IMG/VR virus record: IMGVR_UViG_3300034073_002480
Location: 74,723-138,722 of that record
Length of the DNA: 64,000 nt
Source: a virus
Strand: one strand, 5' to 3'
Part shown: piece by piece, positions 34,274-45,150 of the stretch
Layout: each line of letters starts with the position of its first letter
How positions within the stretch are numbered: position 1 is the first letter of the stretch
Notes under the pieces: generated by a model
Seen by the model: only the letters and a program-made list of their open reading frames with translations
Database searches by the model: none
Told to the model about the DNA's origin: nothing
Made by a program: the position numbers and the translations under genes

Positions 34274-34492
34274 AACTACCCCTTTGCAAATATTTCTGGT
34301 TTGTTTAAAAGTAAACCTAGCATATTACCCATCATAGCTTGCGAATGTTGCATTGAATCTGCACGTAATTTTTTATTGTCAATATCAAGTTCTTCACAAC
34401 GCTCTACTAAATGGTCAATACACTCTAGAAGATATTCAACGTGTTCATCATTTAATCTGTGTGGATTAGACCATAAAATGTTACGAATTTCT

Positions 34493-35041
34493 TTAACTGT
34501 CATAGCTATACCACTCAGGTTGTTGATTGATTGTCCAAGTAGGACGTTTGTTGTTTTTGAATACCTTGGCACACATATAGTCCCGATAAGCTTGTACAGC
34601 TACAGCCAATGGTTCTTTCGATTTGTACTTGGCTTTGACTTCCTCATACATAGCAAGAGGCACATCTGTCATACCTGATGGCAACCGTAGAAGAGAATGG
34701 GTTTTGTTGAAACTGGTAATAACTAAGCCTGTCATAGTACCATTGTTACCTTTCTTTTCCCATATAGCTTGCAATGCTTTGAGGTGTGTTAAAGTCCACA
34801 TAAAATTATCTTGAGACTGACGAACCCATACACAAGTAGGATGGTTTACAAAAGCTTTTTTGTAGATAAAGTACTTTTGGACATAACACAGACCATCTTT
34901 CTCTTCTACGGTCACATGCGGTGACAAATGATAAGCTGTTGACAACATCTGCGATGCTTCAAGGCGGATTTTACCTAAATGCTCATCACAATATAAAGAT
35001 GCTGCTGTGGCAGGATCAGGGTCAAGGAAGAATAGGTTCAT
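34493..35041 (-). CDS. Pyrimidine dimer DNA glycosylase / endonuclease V-like family protein
   Basis: MNLFFLD..P, CDEH..K..LEASQMLSTA, NHPTCVWVR, AYRDY. Confidence 0.75.
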   Translation of the reverse strand: MNLFFLDPDPATAASLYCDEHLGKIRLEASQMLSTAYHLSPHVTVEEKDGLCYVQKYFIYKKAFVNHPTCVWVRQSQDNFMWTLTHLKALQAIWEKKGNNGTMTGLVITSFNKTHSLLRLPSGMTDVPLAMYEEVKAKYKSKEPLAVAVQAYRDYMCAKVFKNNKRPTWTINQQPEWYSYDS

Positions 35042-35278
35042 TTACATTGATCTCCCATTTAAGAAATAATAACTGTACTACATACCGTTTCCAATATAGA
35101 GTAGAGTGTGGGTCGTCAAACTTACAAACAACCAATATAGGATAATTATTAATCATTATTGACACATAGAAAGTAAGTCTTATACCAGTGTGATACTCTA
35201 GATACCATTGCCAATTCTTAACACATACTGTCAGTTTCATTTCTTCTATGGTAGGGGGCTGTTAACCCCCTTTATTAT

Positions 35279-35668
35279 TTACTTACCAGCGTACTTAGCG
35301 TTGTATTCTGCTTCAAGTTCTTCAAGAGACTTAGCTTTTTTAGCTTCTTGACGTTTAGCATGAATCAACTCTCTTAACTCACGTTCTTCAGCAGATTCTT
35401 GAGCAGCAGTGCGACTTGCATCTTGTTGATCGAGCTTATATTGCAAAACACTGACAATGATATCACGTTCTAATTGCAAAGTAGTGTTAGCGGCTGTTTT
35501 AGTACGCAAATAACCTTGTTGACCAGATTGTGCAATTTGTGCATCTCTTGCCAATGCAGCTTGGTTCAATGTCTCTACAGGAAGATCAAACAAATCTTCA
35601 GTTGTTAGAACACCTTTACCTAAACCAGAAAAACGAACCTTTTGTGCTAAAGCTTGGATAAAAGACAT
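35279..35668 (-). CDS. Conserved phage helical protein
   Basis: KGVLTTEDLFDLP motif; directly downstream of the 721 aa ORF. Confidence 0.6.
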   Translation of the reverse strand: MSFIQALAQKVRFSGLGKGVLTTEDLFDLPVETLNQAALARDAQIAQSGQQGYLRTKTAANTTLQLERDIIVSVLQYKLDQQDASRTAAQESAEERELRELIHAKRQEAKKAKSLEELEAEYNAKYAGK

Positions 35669-35739
35669 AATTTTGTTGTTTGTTGTTGTGTGTTTACAAG
35701 AAAGACGGTTTTACGGATGACCGACAACCCCGCAAAGCG

Positions 35740-37875
35740 CTATACCTTGACTCGTAGTACACGTTGGCTTGCGCCTGTAACACGAACCAAGAAGTCATTT
35801 CTCAATGTAGAAGAGAAGCCTAAACCTGATAGCTGTTGTTGAGAAGGTTCAACCAACAACCGTCTACCCAAGATTTCAAATACCTTCCGATGTGGGTACA
35901 AAGATTCAACTAAAAACTCATTGTAAAACCCACGAACAACAGGATCATTGTTTAGTGCTTTTTCCAACACAAAGAAGAAGTGCTTATTACCTTTTTGATC
36001 ACCATTATGCCAGTAGTTCGGTGACAATAGTGCTACAGATACAGGTTGCCAAGTATTTGTGGTTAAACCCCAAACTTCTTTGCTTTGTACTGTGCTATTA
36101 GATTCTAGAGATTCAATAAACTGAATACCTGTTGTCTTGTTAAAAACAAACTTTGCTACAGTGATATTTTGTTCAGGTCGAAGGTCAGCACTGTAATGAT
36201 ACTTATATATTACGCCATCATATTCAATCTCTGCTGAAAAACCACCGTTAGAATTTCGTGACTCAAAGTTGTTGACGTAAAAATGGTAGATCCCTTCTGG
36301 CATTTTCGCAAGATCATGGTAGACAATGTTTTCAACAGCAATTTCACCATCAGGATGGATAATATCTACATCTAAGATACCTGAAGCTGGTGATCTATAT
36401 CTTACATCTCTACCTCTATATGTGCGGAAATAGATGTGTTCACTACTACCACCTTCAATCTCGGCATGAGCATCAAAGTCTATATTGTTATTGCCAGATT
36501 CGTTCCACATTATAGAGAACCGCAACACACCAGTTACCGAACCACCTGCTTTTTCTACGTTGCGTTTGATAATAGAGTCAGTAACATCTCCTGTATAGTA
36601 CCAGCTAAAGTTATTAGCCCAACGTGTTAGTGGTTTAGCATCAGGATTTGTAGGTGCGATCAACGAGAAAAGATTATTGGTGTGTTTGTTTTCCAACAAA
36701 ATGTCTACAGATGTAGACTTCGGTAGAATGTTATTCAAGAAATCATCAATAGTGACTTCAGCAATCCTTGCCAACTTTTTGGGATCGGTAGGTGTATCTT
36801 GCTTCAACAAACCAAAAACAGACTTGACGTTAGATGTTAGGGATCTATTCAACCACAGAACATCATTAGCCGATATGTCTTCCTGAACTGCGTATCGTCT
36901 TGCAAGAGAGTCAACCAACCCTTCTTCTACGGCTGTTTTTTCAGCTTCAGCGATTTGGCGTTGAGAAACCATAGCTGTTGTACGTTTGTAGTTTTGAGGA
37001 GCTACAACAGATTCGTATTTACGCACTGCAATATCGAGGTCAACATCTTTGCTGATGTCAATAAGTAGAGTACCGATGGCAGAATTACGGATTTTAGCAA
37101 CACTGACACCAACTCTTTGAGCAGCAACCCAGTAATAATTCTCTACTTGTTGTGGTGTGAGAACCGTAGAAATAAAGGTTTGCTGTTCTTGTAAGAAAGT
37201 TTCTAGTGTTGCTTTGTACTCTACACCTTTGTATAAACCTTGGTCAATAAGTTCCAACACAGTCTGCACAGTTTGTGTATCAAACTCGTCTAATGCACGT
37301 TTAAACACATTGCGAGGGTCTCTGTAGTCCTGTGGTGTACGTCCTGTAACATAAGAACGAGGGACTTCCAAATACAAGTGTTCCCATTCGATTGTGTTTA
37401 CAAGCTTCTGTGTTGTAGGGTCTAGCACACGCTGAATATTAGACCTTAAACCTAGTTTCTGTGATTCGGGAATAAATACATCACGGATCTTACAGCAATA
37501 TACAAGGTCACGCATGTTGTTGATAACCGACTGCCACATAGGATCGTCAACCGTGAAGTCCCAAATAGACCACAAGTTATAATCAACATCAATAGCTACA
37601 ATGTGACCGTAATTCTTGATAAAAGAACGGCAAGCATTACAGTTGTGCGACTGACGTTCTGCACCAGCAGGGAAAGATTCGAGATAAGTGTCCCACAAAG
37701 ATTGTCGATCCATATCTACAACATACAACTGACGACCTGCTGCGGTAATCTGTGCAAAATTGGACTGGAAAACACGCACAAATTGGTTGAAAGTCATTGG
37801 TTGTTTTCTACCAGCGAAACGCTCACCCTCTACGGCAATCATTTCTCTGTCAACAGTCTGTTCAATAAAAAGCAT
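35740..37875 (-). CDS. Large conserved phage protein (HNCxxC motif; C-terminal TerD/YfaP-like beta domain)
   Basis: HNCNACRSFI; LRFSIMWN...DFDAH...LDVD...VENI. Start moved to MLFIEQ because a terminator occupies 37893-37919. Confidence 0.6.
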   Translation of the reverse strand: MLFIEQTVDREMIAVEGERFAGRKQPMTFNQFVRVFQSNFAQITAAGRQLYVVDMDRQSLWDTYLESFPAGAERQSHNCNACRSFIKNYGHIVAIDVDYNLWSIWDFTVDDPMWQSVINNMRDLVYCCKIRDVFIPESQKLGLRSNIQRVLDPTTQKLVNTIEWEHLYLEVPRSYVTGRTPQDYRDPRNVFKRALDEFDTQTVQTVLELIDQGLYKGVEYKATLETFLQEQQTFISTVLTPQQVENYYWVAAQRVGVSVAKIRNSAIGTLLIDISKDVDLDIAVRKYESVVAPQNYKRTTAMVSQRQIAEAEKTAVEEGLVDSLARRYAVQEDISANDVLWLNRSLTSNVKSVFGLLKQDTPTDPKKLARIAEVTIDDFLNNILPKSTSVDILLENKHTNNLFSLIAPTNPDAKPLTRWANNFSWYYTGDVTDSIIKRNVEKAGGSVTGVLRFSIMWNESGNNNIDFDAHAEIEGGSSEHIYFRTYRGRDVRYRSPASGILDVDIIHPDGEIAVENIVYHDLAKMPEGIYHFYVNNFESRNSNGGFSAEIEYDGVIYKYHYSADLRPEQNITVAKFVFNKTTGIQFIESLESNSTVQSKEVWGLTTNTWQPVSVALLSPNYWHNGDQKGNKHFFFVLEKALNNDPVVRGFYNEFLVESLYPHRKVFEILGRRLLVEPSQQQLSGLGFSSTLRNDFLVRVTGASQRVLRVKV

Positions 37876-37892
37876 AGTTTTTCCTATGAAAT

Positions 37893-37919
37893 AAAAAAGC
37901 AGCAAGATACGTTTGCTGC
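37893..37919 (-). terminator. Intrinsic terminator
   Basis: GCAGCAA/TTGCTGC stem plus T6 on the minus strand. Confidence 0.65.
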
Positions 37920-38268
37920 ATATAAATAAACCTTGGAGAACTTTGTGCCTAGCACGACCCTTCCACCGTATCTAATGGTTGAGTCAACGAAATTTATAGC
38001 GAATCTAGAAATGTAGCAAACCTAGCTTCAATAACTGCAATCTGTTGAAGTCTTGTAATAGCTTCTTGAGTAGTTTGAAAGTATTCACGTTTTTGGAATG
38101 ACAAAAAGAAATTTTCATCATCAGCCCACACAGAAATATTAGGATCTTGTGTATCAAACGACTTCACCTTCTCTCGCATCTCTGGTGTGTAACCATCAAA
38201 GACAAAAGATTTGGCGTAGTCGGTTTTCTTGTTAGACTCCCATTTATGGGATGATAGTTTTATGTTAA

Positions 38269-39648
38269 TCACGACTCAATCTCCTCTGTGTCAACATAGT
38301 CTGGTCGATCTTTCATAAACCCTTCCATAGCAAGAAAGTACCAGTTTTTCTCTTTCAAGAACCAAGTCTTACCTGCATGATCAACACGTACAACTACACC
38401 TTCAGGGAATTGGTTAGGAAATGTGGATTGCAAAGACAAAGATTCAACATAACTGATTAAATCTTTAGCACCAAAACTAGATAAAGTTGGATGATAATTA
38501 TGACTGACATGAAGTTCAGGTACATGATCTACACCTAGTTCAGCACATCTTGCCTTGACAGCATCCCACGATAGATCCCATTGGTAGCCATCCTCATTGG
38601 TGACAGCTATTCTGTACACATACGCTTTAGCTGTACCGTTAGGGACACCGTAGTTGTAAGTGATTTCAGAACCATACTGCTTAATGAACTTCTTGTCACC
38701 TGTTACTGCCGTATTATGAGGTGGCATTATATGCTTATCAGGAGCAACCCAACCTACAATCTCATAATACAGTGTCTCACCTTTACGCAAAAACGGTAGC
38801 AAACGGTCAGCAATAGCCCAACGAAAGTCATCAGAGCCATAGTAGCCTGTATTACCACTAGCTTTCTTCAAGATGACACGGCGAGTACCATTTTGAGGTA
38901 TATAACCCTTGATGGTATGCTTTGTTTTCTCTTCTATGGTTTGTCTAAACCAATTCCACATTTTATTGACTGGTCGCCAAGGTGTGTTTACATTTAGATA
39001 ACGAAAGACCGTAGAAATAAAGGGGTTGTAGACTTCTTGTTCTGTGTAAGCTAAACTAACCCGACCCGATGTTCCGTGCTGCTTCTCAGTAATAGTAACA
39101 GTAGCGCCAACAGGTATTTTGTGTATGTTCCTGCGGAAATTTTCTGTTTCTACATGTTCAGGGAATTGAATCTTAGCTTTCAACCGAGGTTTGTCTTTTT
39201 TGTTTGTGGTTTTTGCTAATCTTGTAGCTGGTGTTTCATACTTCTTACAGATTTCCACACCACCGATCTCTGTGAAACCATAACCAGCTTGCAGAACAGA
39301 ACGATCAAATTCTAGAAAATCAAGAGAAGACAAAGGCATCACTAAACCATTAGACTTGTAGGAACGTAAATTCAACGCTCTGATTCTACCATTAGGGTCG
39401 AGATAACCAGTACCAATTCGCTGACGCACACCATCAATTTCTTCAAAGCGCTCATATAAACCATTGGCTTCACAGTATTCCTTTGACAAACAACCATCAG
39501 TTTCAAAAAACACAACAAGGTCGTCTGGTTTGTAGTTACCAATACCCACAACTACATGTGTATTGCAAACAACAGCTATTTCTAACCGATCTGCGTTAGG
39601 GTGTGGGAGAATAGCTTGTACAGGTGTAATAATAGCTTGGTAAGACAT
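38269..39648 (-). CDS. RNA ligase, DRB0094-like, with N-terminal OB domain
   Basis: HPNADRLE, SNGL, motif I EKQHGTS, YYEIVG, EGVVVR, LKEK. Confidence 0.85.
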   Translation of the reverse strand: MSYQAIITPVQAILPHPNADRLEIAVVCNTHVVVGIGNYKPDDLVVFFETDGCLSKEYCEANGLYERFEEIDGVRQRIGTGYLDPNGRIRALNLRSYKSNGLVMPLSSLDFLEFDRSVLQAGYGFTEIGGVEICKKYETPATRLAKTTNKKDKPRLKAKIQFPEHVETENFRRNIHKIPVGATVTITEKQHGTSGRVSLAYTEQEVYNPFISTVFRYLNVNTPWRPVNKMWNWFRQTIEEKTKHTIKGYIPQNGTRRVILKKASGNTGYYGSDDFRWAIADRLLPFLRKGETLYYEIVGWVAPDKHIMPPHNTAVTGDKKFIKQYGSEITYNYGVPNGTAKAYVYRIAVTNEDGYQWDLSWDAVKARCAELGVDHVPELHVSHNYHPTLSSFGAKDLISYVESLSLQSTFPNQFPEGVVVRVDHAGKTWFLKEKNWYFLAMEGFMKDRPDYVDTEEIES

Positions 39649-39917
39649 TATTTATACCAATCCTCTTCAATTTTATTTACAACAGCACCTTTGTAGAAGT
39701 TGTATATATCTGAAAGCAACATCATAGTGCAAAGGATAAGAAATACTGTCTTCATTTCATCTGTCCTCCAATATATACAACGATGGCGATCCATAGCAAA
39801 TGTTTGATCTGCACAAGTTCTCGGTAGTCAGCATTATACAACAGAGAACTACTCATTGTGAAATAACCTGTTAGGTTCACCGCTAAAATAATACCCAGTA
39901 CAATACAAACACCGATT

Positions 39918-40238
39918 TTAATCATTGAGACCACTTCTCCGTAGGTTAAGTTTAGGTACACGGCACGATGCTGAGTTCTGTGACCACAAAGAGCCAGAAC
40001 ATTCTAACTGCAATAATTGTTTGCTTGCATCTCTAGCAGTACAAGACACATAGGAGTCACCATCTGTATCCCACTGGCTACAGTTAACTGCGGTGATCTC
40101 GTTCTGTTGTGCGAACAAAGCAAGATTCTGCGTAGCTATATGTTGCTCTTGCATTTTACCATAGATGTGAAAAGGCAGTGCAATTACAATCACACAAATA
40201 ACTAAAAGACCATTAACACGCATATTAAACTCCATCAA
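39918..40238 (-). CDS. Membrane-anchored Cys-containing protein
   Basis: N-terminal hydrophobic helix; CxxxDTDGDSYVSCT...LEC...C. Confidence 0.55.
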   Translation of the reverse strand: MMEFNMRVNGLLVICVIVIALPFHIYGKMQEQHIATQNLALFAQQNEITAVNCSQWDTDGDSYVSCTARDASKQLLQLECSGSLWSQNSASCRVPKLNLRRSGLND

Positions 40239-41876
40239 TATTTGTAGGAAAACCTGAAAACTCTTGCTTAGCCATCTTTGTTACAACAATCTGCATATTA
40301 CCATACAAAGCTGATAACTGTTTTGTAATCTGTTTTAGCTCTGCGATTTGTGTTGCAGTTAAAGAATCAACATACTCACATAACAACATATGATCACGAG
40401 CTTGTCTAAATGTAGCTCCAGCTATAAGTTCAGTACCAGAACCACGTAGAAAAGAAGGTTCCTCTGGTCTCTGGTTATCATCAAGTATCATTATACAAAG
40501 TCCTCTTCTTTAAGATCAAACTTACATACAATTTCTGGTAGACGATGAATAGTATTATAAGTATTTACAGATCCAATACCTGTAAACAACAGAAATGCAA
40601 TAGGTTGCCAAATCCATCCTAAGACAAGCATATTAGCAACGACTAAACATACACCGATAAACGTGTAGAGGTCAGAGATTGTTTTATACTTCTCACGAAA
40701 ATTATAGACCTGCACAAAATCAATCAACGCATTATATTTTTTAAGTCTTATACCCTCTTTTAACACAGGCTCAGAGATAGAACCTGCAATAAACAGAATC
40801 AAAGACCAGACAAGTTGCAAATACACAAGGAAGAGTTGTAGCGTCAGGAGAAGTGGTGTTGCAGGTAAGAACAAGGTAGATGCTAAAGCAGTATAAACAC
40901 TACCAGATACAATATAAGAACTTAGTAAACCGTTCTTTTTAGTGTTAGCGTAGGCGCGAAGATAGGAGAATGTCATTATTGTTTACCAATCGTTCTCGAA
41001 AGAACCTAAATTTTTACTGAGGATGCGCTCTTTTGTAGCTATTATGGAGATACAATTCTCATTTTCATCGTTGTATTCTGCAATTTCATCTGCGTAATCT
41101 TCAAGGAAAGAGTACACATCAACAACTTCATAACGATTAAAATCTTGAAACTTATAAATCTCCTCAAAAGTGCCATCAGATCGCACAAGAAAATCCTGTG
41201 TAACCCATTCATGATTCCGTAGAAAAGAAGGTAGTGCTTGGTACAAAGCCCAACGTTCATCTAACGGTTTATTGGTATCAACAAGATAAGCTTCTACTCT
41301 AGATTTAGTCTCTTTTACTTTTTCTTTGCAGAAACAAATAGCAGCTTGGAGTTGCATCGTACTAAAAGAGGTTTCCATATTAACCCCCTAACATAGTGAA
41401 TGTTAACCAATCCACACCGTAGCCAGACAACGACCCAAACTGTGATAAATCCCGCTTAGCTTCCTCTTCTACAGCATCCAGTACAGAGTCCATAGTTTCT
41501 GCCCATGTTGTGATACGAACAGGGAAGGTCTTGGCAATCCGTAATCTATGGTAATCAGTATACGCATACGCCGACACGAAAACCGTAGCTTCGATTACAG
41601 GTGGTAAAGGTGATAAATGAAAAAGCTCTACTGAAAACAGATAACTACCAAAGTGTTGTTGTAGGTCGTTGCGTAGGCTATTCTCCGCTATAGACTGGAT
41701 TTGAGGGTAAGTCAGAGGTCTTAACGATTCCTCTTCTATGTCCACTACCAGAATTGAGGTAGGTTCAAAGTCTGAACCATTACGATAACCACGACCAGTT
41801 ACAGCAAATTGTCTTTTACGAGCAAATGGAGTGCCTATATACTGAGGGTCAAGTGTCAAAGATGTAGTTGTCTGCA

Positions 41877-42683
41877 TTAGAAGAATATGCTCCTTATGAT
41901 GATAAACATAATTAAACTGAAAAAGCACAAAAAGAAAACACCGAGTATATTACCCACAACAGAGTTCTCAGCAACTACTGTGTTTGTAGGGTAGTAAGTA
42001 TTAGGTAATACAATAGGTGCTGTATAGCCAAAAGGCACTACAACAGGTACAGTACGATTACCACCATCTGAGAAAATTGTGACATACCGAGTTTCTGTAC
42101 GACCACCGCTTGTATTAGGTAGCCTGTATTCTGGCAGATATGTTGTTGGTGTCGATGGTTTTGTTTTTGTTGTCGCTGTTACAGGTCTTTCTATAGGGCG
42201 ACTACTGTACGATGAATTGTATGACGACCCGAACGTAGAAGATGAGTTGCTGGATGAACTACTTGTTGCTGGCTTTGTCTGGCTTGATGATGAGCTAGAT
42301 CGCGAGTAACTTGTAGATGACTTCGATGACGATGATGGTGCAGATTTGAAAGATGAACTCGAACTTGAAGATTTACCACTAGAACTTGAGCTTGACGATC
42401 TTGCTTCCACAGGCATTGGTAAATTACAGAGTAGAAAACCAACAATAGTAAGTTGTGTTAATCTTTTAAGCATACAATAAGGCTCTTGGTGTATAGGTTT
42501 AGGTTTAGATGTCAAATGAAAAGCAGAACAGTTAGGACATTTGTAAGCTGTTAAACCAAATCTTGCACCCTCTTGTTCTGCTGTGTACCGACTATTGTAC
42601 GTTGTCTTCTGGAGACAAGACCGTATGTGTATTTGCGTTGTTCGCAGTAGTTGGTGTTTGTTTTTTGTACGTGCCAAAACCAA
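41877..42683 (-). CDS. Ser-rich membrane/secreted protein, in frame with an upstream small YxCxxC domain
   Basis: Signal-like MLKRLTQLTIVGFLLC...VEA, poly-Ser tract, C-terminal TM helix. Confidence 0.6.
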   Translation of the reverse strand: MVLARTKNKHQLLRTTQIHIRSCLQKTTYNSRYTAEQEGARFGLTAYKCPNCSAFHLTSKPKPIHQEPYCMLKRLTQLTIVGFLLCNLPMPVEARSSSSSSSGKSSSSSSSFKSAPSSSSKSSTSYSRSSSSSSQTKPATSSSSSNSSSTFGSSYNSSYSSRPIERPVTATTKTKPSTPTTYLPEYRLPNTSGGRTETRYVTIFSDGGNRTVPVVVPFGYTAPIVLPNTYYPTNTVVAENSVVGNILGVFFLCFFSLIMFIIIRSIFF

Positions 42684-42916
42684 TACCTCGTCTGTATTTG
42701 TTATTAGCTTTTATGTGATTTTTGTTTACGAAATGTTGGTAAATGTGTGTTGTGGAACAAAGGTAGTTGTGGCTGTTGTCTTGCAAGGGCAAGCATTTTT
42801 GCCAAGCATCGATCTGTGTCGGACATATTAGTATCGCACCGTATAACCTATTATTAAGTATAAAAGGACAGAACCTATAACGAAAGTAGATAAAATACCG
42901 TAGAAAAGAAAGGGCA

Positions 42917-43810
42917 TTAGACAGACCTCAGTGATGGATATAGGTTGATTTTAGTGTCACAAAACAAAGACCGTAGAAGAGAAGGTGGTATGTAACGGTC
43001 AAAAGTTTGCATTACTTGCCAACTCGGTGCTTGCTTGAAGACCTGCACAAGTTCATTGCAACTACGATCAGGGTTAATCTTCTGTTCGTATAAGTCACAT
43101 AAAGTATCTTGATAATCCCACAATGTTTCCTGTATATCTGCTGACAACTGGAAGTCCAAACGCAAAGCAAACTTCAAAGCTCGGAGGATACGTGTAGGAT
43201 CAGCGCTAAAACGATCTATAGGACGACCTACAGTGTGGATGAATTTCTCTTCTATGTGTATGCGACCGTGATAAGGATCGATAATACCCGATGTCATAGC
43301 ATTTATAGATTTCCAGTAGTCTTCTGATCCAAAATGATTTCTGAAACGTACAGGATAATCAACCCACCACAAGTCTTCTAAGGACTCCAGTGGTATAGCC
43401 ATAGCGTTCATTGTGTTGTCGCGCCTTGCCAGATCCTGTTCAATAGTAACGTCAGGTGTATTCACAACAGTAACAGGAACTACATTATCTTGTGTATAGT
43501 CAGCATCAGCTTCGCGTCTTGCCAGTACAAAGTCAATTACTTGACCTGCAATCTTCGCTTTGATGACACCCATTTGCCAAGAAGTAGTGTTACTGTCATC
43601 AGGCATTTGATACGCTGACTGGCAGAAAAACAAATGGTGATATTCGGGAGCAGGTAGAATAACTTGTGCGCCGTTGTCAAGTAAAAACTCCAACAGCGAA
43701 GCATAAGTAGTACCTGTCACACAAATGTCAATGTCTTTTGTATGTTCACCAGTAAATAATGACCGAACGAAACCGCCAACTAAGTAAAATTGCATATTAG
43801 TAAAAACCAC
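42917..43810 (-). CDS. tRNA nucleotidyltransferase (CCA-adding / poly(A) polymerase class II)
   Basis: VGGFVR, DID, DLARRDNTMNAMA, DPYHG, DPTRILRA. Confidence 0.9.
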   Translation of the reverse strand: MVFTNMQFYLVGGFVRSLFTGEHTKDIDICVTGTTYASLLEFLLDNGAQVILPAPEYHHLFFCQSAYQMPDDSNTTSWQMGVIKAKIAGQVIDFVLARREADADYTQDNVVPVTVVNTPDVTIEQDLARRDNTMNAMAIPLESLEDLWWVDYPVRFRNHFGSEDYWKSINAMTSGIIDPYHGRIHIEEKFIHTVGRPIDRFSADPTRILRALKFALRLDFQLSADIQETLWDYQDTLCDLYEQKINPDRSCNELVQVFKQAPSWQVMQTFDRYIPPSLLRSLFCDTKINLYPSLRSV

Positions 43811-43949
43811 ACTACATCTATGTAAACAACAAGTCCAGCTATAATGATAATATCTGGATCAAATAGGTAAGAATCAGGTTTTGCCATAGCTGTATAGATG
43901 CCAACCATAGAAGAGAAGATCAGCATATATAAAATCTGTATTTCTACGT

Positions 43950-44270
43950 TCATACACACCCCAACAATATATCACAGCAGTCATCATAAACAGATGGTGG
44001 ATATATACCACTAGAGCGCATATTAGTGTCAAATTTCACTTCAGTCCCGTCAACCAGAAAAGTAACGTAAGGTTGAAGATGCTTATACTCTTTATACAGT
44101 AAGGCACGGAACATGTACAATACTAACTCTTGACCAGTAACGAGGTAAGGGTTTTCAACACCTTCAGTTATATAGCCCAAATAAGTTTCACAAACTTCTT
44201 TAATTTTGAAGTCCTGAAAGCCATAATCAGATGGTGGTACGGAACGATAGTCTACAGTTAATTTACTCAT
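43950..44270 (-). CDS. Hypothetical protein, paralog of 15507..15839
   Basis: Shared TxQELVL...EYxHLxPYVxFxV motif. Confidence 0.6.
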   Translation of the reverse strand: MSKLTVDYRSVPPSDYGFQDFKIKEVCETYLGYITEGVENPYLVTGQELVLYMFRALLYKEYKHLQPYVTFLVDGTEVKFDTNMRSSGIYPPSVYDDCCDILLGCV

Positions 44271-44949
44271 CAGTTGCTAACCATTGCTCTATATAGTTTT
44301 TGTCTTGTGAAAAAATCGGTATCTGCCGATCTACAAACCAACCGTTTTCACTTTTGATGACACAACGACCACGTTTATAATAAGGTTCAAAGTCGTTGAA
44401 GTTTATCTTGTGTTCTTGCCACAACATTTCTTGGATCTGAGCGCAAGATTTATTTTGTAGTTGATTGTGAGAAAAATGTGCTTGACCTAACATCTGGATA
44501 GCATTACGTGTAGCATCTTGCTGCCTATGGTAGAAATAGTTATTGACTTCAGCTTCAGGCAGAACAAAAGCACGAGAATCAAAATAAACTTGACCACCTA
44601 AATAAGAAGAGAAAGCTACAGATGCAATAGCTGCTGAGATCGACACAATCTTTTGGATATTGTTGTCAAACCAAGCTTCAGAGTTAAGCTTTTTGTAATT
44701 GTGTAGTAGCAAAGAGATTTCATCTGACTGCACAAATTGCACAACACTGGTTTGTACTTCTTCAGCTAAAACTAATGCTGTGTGATCCATAGCTGCCATA
44801 AAATCAGTGTCCCAAGGTCGCTGCATATTACGGGTTAATGTGTGAGCTGCTCTGATGTCAAGACGAACTACAAGCGGCAACCTGCGAGTTAAATACTTTC
44901 TTTCTACGTTCTCGTATGTTTTCATACGGTCGCCTAAGCTATTTTTCAT
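44263..44949 (-). CDS. Thg1-like tRNA(His) guanylyltransferase / 3'-5' polymerase
   Basis: LGDRMKTYE, RLD...H, QSDEIS, FDSR, RQQDATRN. Confidence 0.9.
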   Translation of the reverse strand: MKNSLGDRMKTYENVERKYLTRRLPLVVRLDIRAAHTLTRNMQRPWDTDFMAAMDHTALVLAEEVQTSVVQFVQSDEISLLLHNYKKLNSEAWFDNNIQKIVSISAAIASVAFSSYLGGQVYFDSRAFVLPEAEVNNYFYHRQQDATRNAIQMLGQAHFSHNQLQNKSCAQIQEMLWQEHKINFNDFEPYYKRGRCVIKSENGWFVDRQIPIFSQDKNYIEQWLATDE

Positions 44950-45150
44950 AAACCACCACCGATCTCAAATTTAAAAGTTGGCACACAAGTATAACCTAAA
45001 CCAACAAGATACTCTCTTGCTTCCTCTACATCATCGTTTTTATAAAACTTTAAAAGATTTGGTTTCTCTAGAAGAGGTGAGCCGTACCAAACAGAGTCAG
45101 TAACAGGCATGTCAAAATCACCATAAACCACAAGTTCTACAATTTGTATG

